The position numbers and the translations under genes were made by a program. From contig NC_058373.1 in NCBI RefSeq assembly GCF_018350175.1, positions 102,736,001-102,800,000 on the forward strand: a DNA stretch of 64,000 nt. The letters run 5' to 3'. Below are positions 59,034 through 64,000 of the stretch, one piece after another (position 1 is the first letter of the stretch; every line of letters starts with the position of its first letter). The stretch comes from Felis catus (lineage: Eukaryota). A model generated the notes under the pieces. That model did not search any database, had not been told where the DNA came from, and was given only the letters and a program-made list of their open reading frames with translations.

Positions 59034-59366
59034 ACCTTAGTTTGTTCGGGCTCCTATAACAAAATGCCATGCTTATAAAACAGAAATTTATTTCTCACAG
59101 TTCCGGAGGTTGGAAGTCTGAGATCAGGGTGCCAGCGTGGTGGAGTGAGGGCTGGCTTCCAGGTCATAGATTTCTCATTCTGTCCCCACATGGTGGGAGG
59201 GGCAAGGGAGCTCTCTTGGGCCTCTTTCATAAAGGCACTAATCCTATTCATGAGTGCTCCTTCCTCATAACCTAGTCACCTCCCAAAGGTCCCACCTCCT
59301 AATACCATCCCCTGGGGATGAGATTTCAACATACAAATTTTGGAAGGTTACATTCAGACCATAGCA
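59034..59366 (-). mobile_element. MaLR LTR, MLT1A-like
   Basis: aacagaaatttatttctcacagttccggagg...acattcagaccatagca. Confidence 0.88.
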
Positions 59367-59499
59367 AGCATGATACCTGCTTTGAAACTTTCCTGACCTG
59401 TCCCCCCAACAGCCACACCCAACCTCCCTCTCCTTTGCTGCCTCCCACTTTTCAGGGGCTGAAAAACCAAATACTTTTCCAGGTTCCTTTTCAGGTAAG

Positions 59500-59892
59500 G
59501 GTGGTGATGTAACCCAGATCTGGGCTGGGAACCCTAAGGAGAAGTCTACAGGAGGGGCTTCTGGAAATGCAAAATCTCTCTTGGTTGAAAAAGAAGAAGA
59601 AAGGAAAAGAATACATGAGCTGATCTAGCCCCTTTGCCTTTTTCCTTTTTCCTGCCTTGAACACAGACACAATGGCCAGAGATGCAGCAGCCATCTTGTG
59701 GCATGAAGGACAAACCAAAGAAGTTGCAGAAGAATAAACCCCCAAATCTTTGAAACTCTGACACACCCTTGTGATTTCTCACCTCCAGACTTCTGAGCAT
59801 GTTTAAAAAAAAAAAAAAAAAACAAAATCCTAAAAACTGTGTTTAAACCTCTACAGTGGTTTGCAGTGCAAACCAATCCTAATGGTTATACA
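59500..59892 (+). mobile_element. MaLR LTR, MLT1J/K-like
   Basis: gatgcagcagccatcttg...ctccagacttct...cctaatggttataca. Confidence 0.6.
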
Positions 59893-61169
59893 TTGCTGGG
59901 CAGAATCTGGTGGTCCTTTGATTTTCTGCCTTACATGTTGCACAGTCTTCCATTCCATTATCACTAAGTATTATTTTTGGTTTGTCTGTCTGACTTTCCC
60001 AATGCTGAGAGTTCTTTGGGGTTAGGGACTATTACCATTTTGGTGACCCCAAAGCTACTCAGTGTCTGGCACATAATAGCAGCTTAGTAATATTTTGTTA
60101 AATGAGCGAAGGACTGAATGAATAATGTGGTCATGTGGAGGATGGTGTGGGGAAGGAGACATTAGTGGCAGTGAGGTCAGTGAAGAGGTTGCAGCAGTAA
60201 GAATCCAGGCAAGAGGCAGTGAGACCATGAGCTAAAGCAGGACCATGCAGATGAGAAAAAGGATGGATTCAGGGGTTATCTAGGAAGCACAAGGGACAGG
60301 ACCTGGTAAGGGCTTGGGGAAGCGAGGGGGGAAGAGGAAGAGCTCTAAGATGGCCGAGAGCCCTTTAATGCATGGCGGGTTTGGGTGTCCTCCCAGTTCT
60401 GTGGTCTTGGGTTGCTCAGACATATAGGTACCTTAGTCACCTACTCTGAAAACTAGGGATAACAGTAACGCACACTTAAGTTTGTTGGAGGAGGCAAATG
60501 ACTTACTTAGCACCTGTAAACTGCTTATAACAGTGCCTGACACATTGTGTTTGATGCATGTTATCAGTTGTCACCACCATCATCATCGATATTGGGGTAG
60601 AAGAGCGGGAAACCAGGCACGTTGTTGAAAGAGAGGAGGGTGAAGGGGAGTTCAGGAGGAATGGGAAGGAGGACCCAAGCAGCTAGCAGAGTGACTTTAG
60701 AAGGCTCAACAGCTTCTCGGGTCTCGTCCCCTGGAAAGAAAGACTTTACTTAAAGTGGGACTGAAAGTCATTTAATGAGCTCAAGAGAAACGGGATTAGG
60801 TGCAGCCTGCTTTTATTCAAGACTTGGGTCAACTGGTTATGCTGCTTTGATTATTGTTTTAAACATGTCCCAGGAGGGGGGTTGGGGTAAGAAATGAAGA
60901 GTTGAGGATGCTCACTTTTAATGGTGAAGCATTGTAAGCTATTCTTGGCCACAGTAGGAATCTCAGGAGGGTTGTGCCTAACAGATTTCTGAAACGATTA
61001 ATGAAACCTAAGAGCAAGAATAACCTAAGAGGCACCATGTGAGGGCCATTAGCCTCGAGGCAGTGGAGGACCCTGCACGATCAGGCAGGGTGAAATGGCA
61101 GGGCAATAACCACGCTCTCTCATTCCTGCAACCAGAGGCCTTTGACTAGGTTCCATGGGAACAATGACA

Positions 61170-61400
61170 AATTTCCACTTACTGAATGCCTAAGAGGGTC
61201 CGGTATTTTACACATAACTTTAATCTTCTTGACTTCTCTGTGAGAGTTGTTATTACGAGGCCGATTTTAAGAATGAGAAAACTGAGGACTGAAGAGGTTA
61301 AATACCATTTCCAAAATCCACCAACCGGGAAGAGGTAGAGCCAGGATTCAAAACAGGTCTGGCCAAGATTTGGCTGTTTCCTTTTCACTGTGTTGTAGCT
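61170..61400 (-). mobile_element. MIR
   Basis: gaatgagaaaactgagg...gagccaggattcaaaacagg. Confidence 0.7.
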
Positions 61401-62253
61401 CATGACACCGCTGCTTGGGAATTTTATAGGCAGAGTTCTTGCCAGGGGGTGCTTTTCAGCTCATACTCTATCTGGAAGTTTACTTCCAGGAAGAACAGAG
61501 TATAAATGCTCTATCATGTCTGAATCATGGGCAACAATGTGAATAGAATACTTCAACCTAACAGACATCTGTTGTGTGCGAATAGATGGTTTCTGATTCC
61601 CAAGTGGCCCTGGCCTCTGGGGAGTGGGTCTGCAGAGTGGGTGTTCAGCTTATTAAAGTTCCATTGGCCCTTGGTGTGGGTTTGCAGGGCCGACCTGAAG
61701 CTCTGAAGGAGTTGAGACCATGATGGAATTTCCTGCTTGCCCCTTTAGGGACTGGAGTATGAGATCGCTAGCCTCGCTGCAGAGATGCATGTATGGGCTT
61801 GATTGTGTGTGGCTGATATCTTGCATCCCAGCGTGTGAGTTTCGTAGGGTATCTTCCTACTGTGCTGTAAAAGAATTCTGGTCCTCCACACCATGGAGGT
61901 GGCAAGGGTGGTGTTTTCTTTAGAAGGAGGTATCAGGATAAAAACATTTCTGTAGTCCCTGATTTCGCTTTTTTCTTTCTCCCCAGCTTGTTATCTCATA
62001 AGACCTCAAAGGGACCTGGTGGAGTCTTGACCCCACCATGGAGCAGAGACAGAGGGTAATGCTCATTAGGAGGGCTGCCTGGGTGACATCTGTGGTGTCA
62101 AAGGTGTTTGCTCAGGAACAAAGTGCTCTTCATCCTGAACATCTGCTCAGTCTAGGTGCTGGACCTATTTTTGGTAGCCAAGTACAGGAATTACTTTGCA
62201 CCATCCCCAATAGATCTCATGAGCCTGTAATTGCTCTAAACCTTTATGGACTT

Positions 62254-62305
62254 TGTGTGTGTGTGTGTGTGTGTGCGTGTGTGTGTGCGCGCGCGCGCAT
62301 GTGTG
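62254..62305. repeat. Alternating purine-pyrimidine tract (TG)n(GC)6
   Basis: Read directly. Confidence 0.95.
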
Positions 62306-62899
62306 AGCACGCACGCACTTTATAAGCTTGCTTAGATAATAAGTCTGATTTAGAGTCTTAAAGAGCTCCTTACAGATTTTTCTTCCCCTCCTCATGACTA
62401 CTTGTTCCTCTTTTCCCACCAGGGTATAAAGTCTTTGAGGAAGAGAATCCATTCTGAACAAAGCTTGGTCTGAACATGGTTGTGCTCAGAAACTTGGATG
62501 CCTGGGGGGTGGACAGAGAAACTCTCATAGGAACGGAAGGAATAGCAAGAAAGGGTGTCCTGTGGGTTTGCATGTGGCTCTAGGCTTGAGACCAAAGGTG
62601 AAGGAGGGCAGAAGAGGACTCTTGTAATACCAAGGTTGTTTAGAAGTGAAGTGTATGACAGATCATAAGCCAGGCCAAAATAGAAGAAATAGCTGGAAGA
62701 TAAGGATAATTGAACAAAGGAAAAGTATATTTAAATACTTACTAGCAACATGTTTTTCAGTTTCAGGGAAGAAATGCCTCTGAGCAGGTCCAGACACGAT
62801 AAATGGATATCTAAGCAAGTGGAAACCCCTCCTCAAAGGTGCCCTTAACAACAGCAGCAGCAACAGAGTCATGAAATTTTTACAGGCCTTAGCTCACAC

Positions 62900-63100
62900 C
62901 AGGCACAATGCACAACTAGTATAAAAATATGACTCATTGAGTCCTTATTGCATCTCTGTGATACATGCGGTCTCAATCCCATTTCACACACAGAAATGGA
63001 GGCACAGGGTATAAGCCACCGGCTGGAAACCACAAAGGGATGCACAGTGGCACCAGGCTTCAAATGCAGGTTCGACTCTGAACTCCTAGCTTGTTCTCTT
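62900..63100 (-). mobile_element. MIR
   Basis: cccatttcacacacagaaatggaggcacag...ccaggcttcaaatgcagg. Confidence 0.6.
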
Positions 63101-64000
63101 TTCCCTGTTTTGATGAATAGGCTCCAAAGCAATGTCAATGTGAAGCAATTGGTGGTAGAATACACTCCGCCCATTTCACAGGGCTGTCATCAGGATACAG
63201 AGATTTCGTGTGTGAAAGCAATTTGGGGAACGTGCACTTCTATACAAGTTAAAAAAAAGCATTAATATTGTCATTGGGTCATGTAATTTTCTGACTCTGT
63301 TGATGGATTCTTAGTGTACATCCCATTTGCAATCACTAGGGGGAGGCAACAGACAATGCATATAAGCAAACTTTGTCTTGGAAGGGAAGTGTATTTTTCT
63401 TGTAAATGATGCTCATGGATTTAAAATAGAAAAGCAAAGGTTTGTATTAGGGACTGGTAGCCATTCTCATCAAAGTTTGATCTTGTGCTTTTATTGAAGT
63501 GTTTTCACAAAGGCATCTTAGACTCTCACGAATCCTTTTGAGTAGTGGGTGTTGCCCAAAAAATGAATGGATGATATTAAAGGCTAAGCATTGACTCTCC
63601 TTGTTCTCTGGCTTGTTTTCTTGCCTTTTGTCTCCTTTGTGATCATTTCTGTTTTTTTGTTTTTGTTTTTAGGTTCAGTTTTCTCCTTCTTTCTCTCCAC
63701 TTCATTTCACTGCAGTAAGGTACGTTCTTGACCCCTCTCATCCCTTTAATGGTGCTCTCCTGAGCTGGCCTTTTTGACTGTTGTACATAGACCATTTGAT
63801 GGCTATTTCTAGGTCATTGTCATCTGCATTTTTCTCTGATTTGTTCTTTTCTCCTTACGTTCTTCTAGAATTCTTCAGCTCCCTTCTACTAGGTGGAAGG
63901 CATATTGGATTAGGAATTCAAGCCCTGTTAGGAATTCAAGTCCTGTTGCATACCCCTTCCTTACTAGTTAGTTGACCTTAGGCCATAGTAGAATCCCACT

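Noticed and set aside
1..64000. Prokaryote-type systems (CRISPR, operons, retrons), rRNA genes, NUMT or processed pseudogene
   Set aside because: No repeat-spacer array or dense ORF packing. The only reverse transcriptase is L1 ORF2. No mitochondrial or intronless gene copy was recognised

Overview
Mammalian genomic DNA, almost certainly from a cat or other felid, judged by young SINEC_Fc-type CAN-SINEs and an L1_Fc-type LINE. The + strand carries the 3' half of kinectin 1 (KTN1): 26 coding exons mapped by hand (1082-43893, 652 codons plus stop, all GT-AG, frame continuous) and a terminal 3'UTR exon (49747-~50230). The 5' exons lie outside the window. A full-length 5,988-bp antisense L1 with a 12-bp TSD and only three ORF-disrupting lesions sits in one intron. 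Introns and the ~14 kb downstream contain 21 CAN-SINEs, an ERV1-type solo LTR, MaLR LTRs, hAT fossils, MIR/L2 fragments and microsatellites. No second protein-coding gene was seen. Most notable observations: (1) a five-fold repeated 69/38/91-nt three-exon module in KTN1; (2) a TAG stop four codons upstream of the apparent ancestral stop; (3) an ORF0-like antisense ORF with splice donors in the L1 5'UTR pointing into KTN1; (4) a perfect 18-bp hairpin beside a 38-nt exon; (5) a weak box C/D snoRNA-like candidate. Repeat family names and human comparisons come from memory, not database searches.
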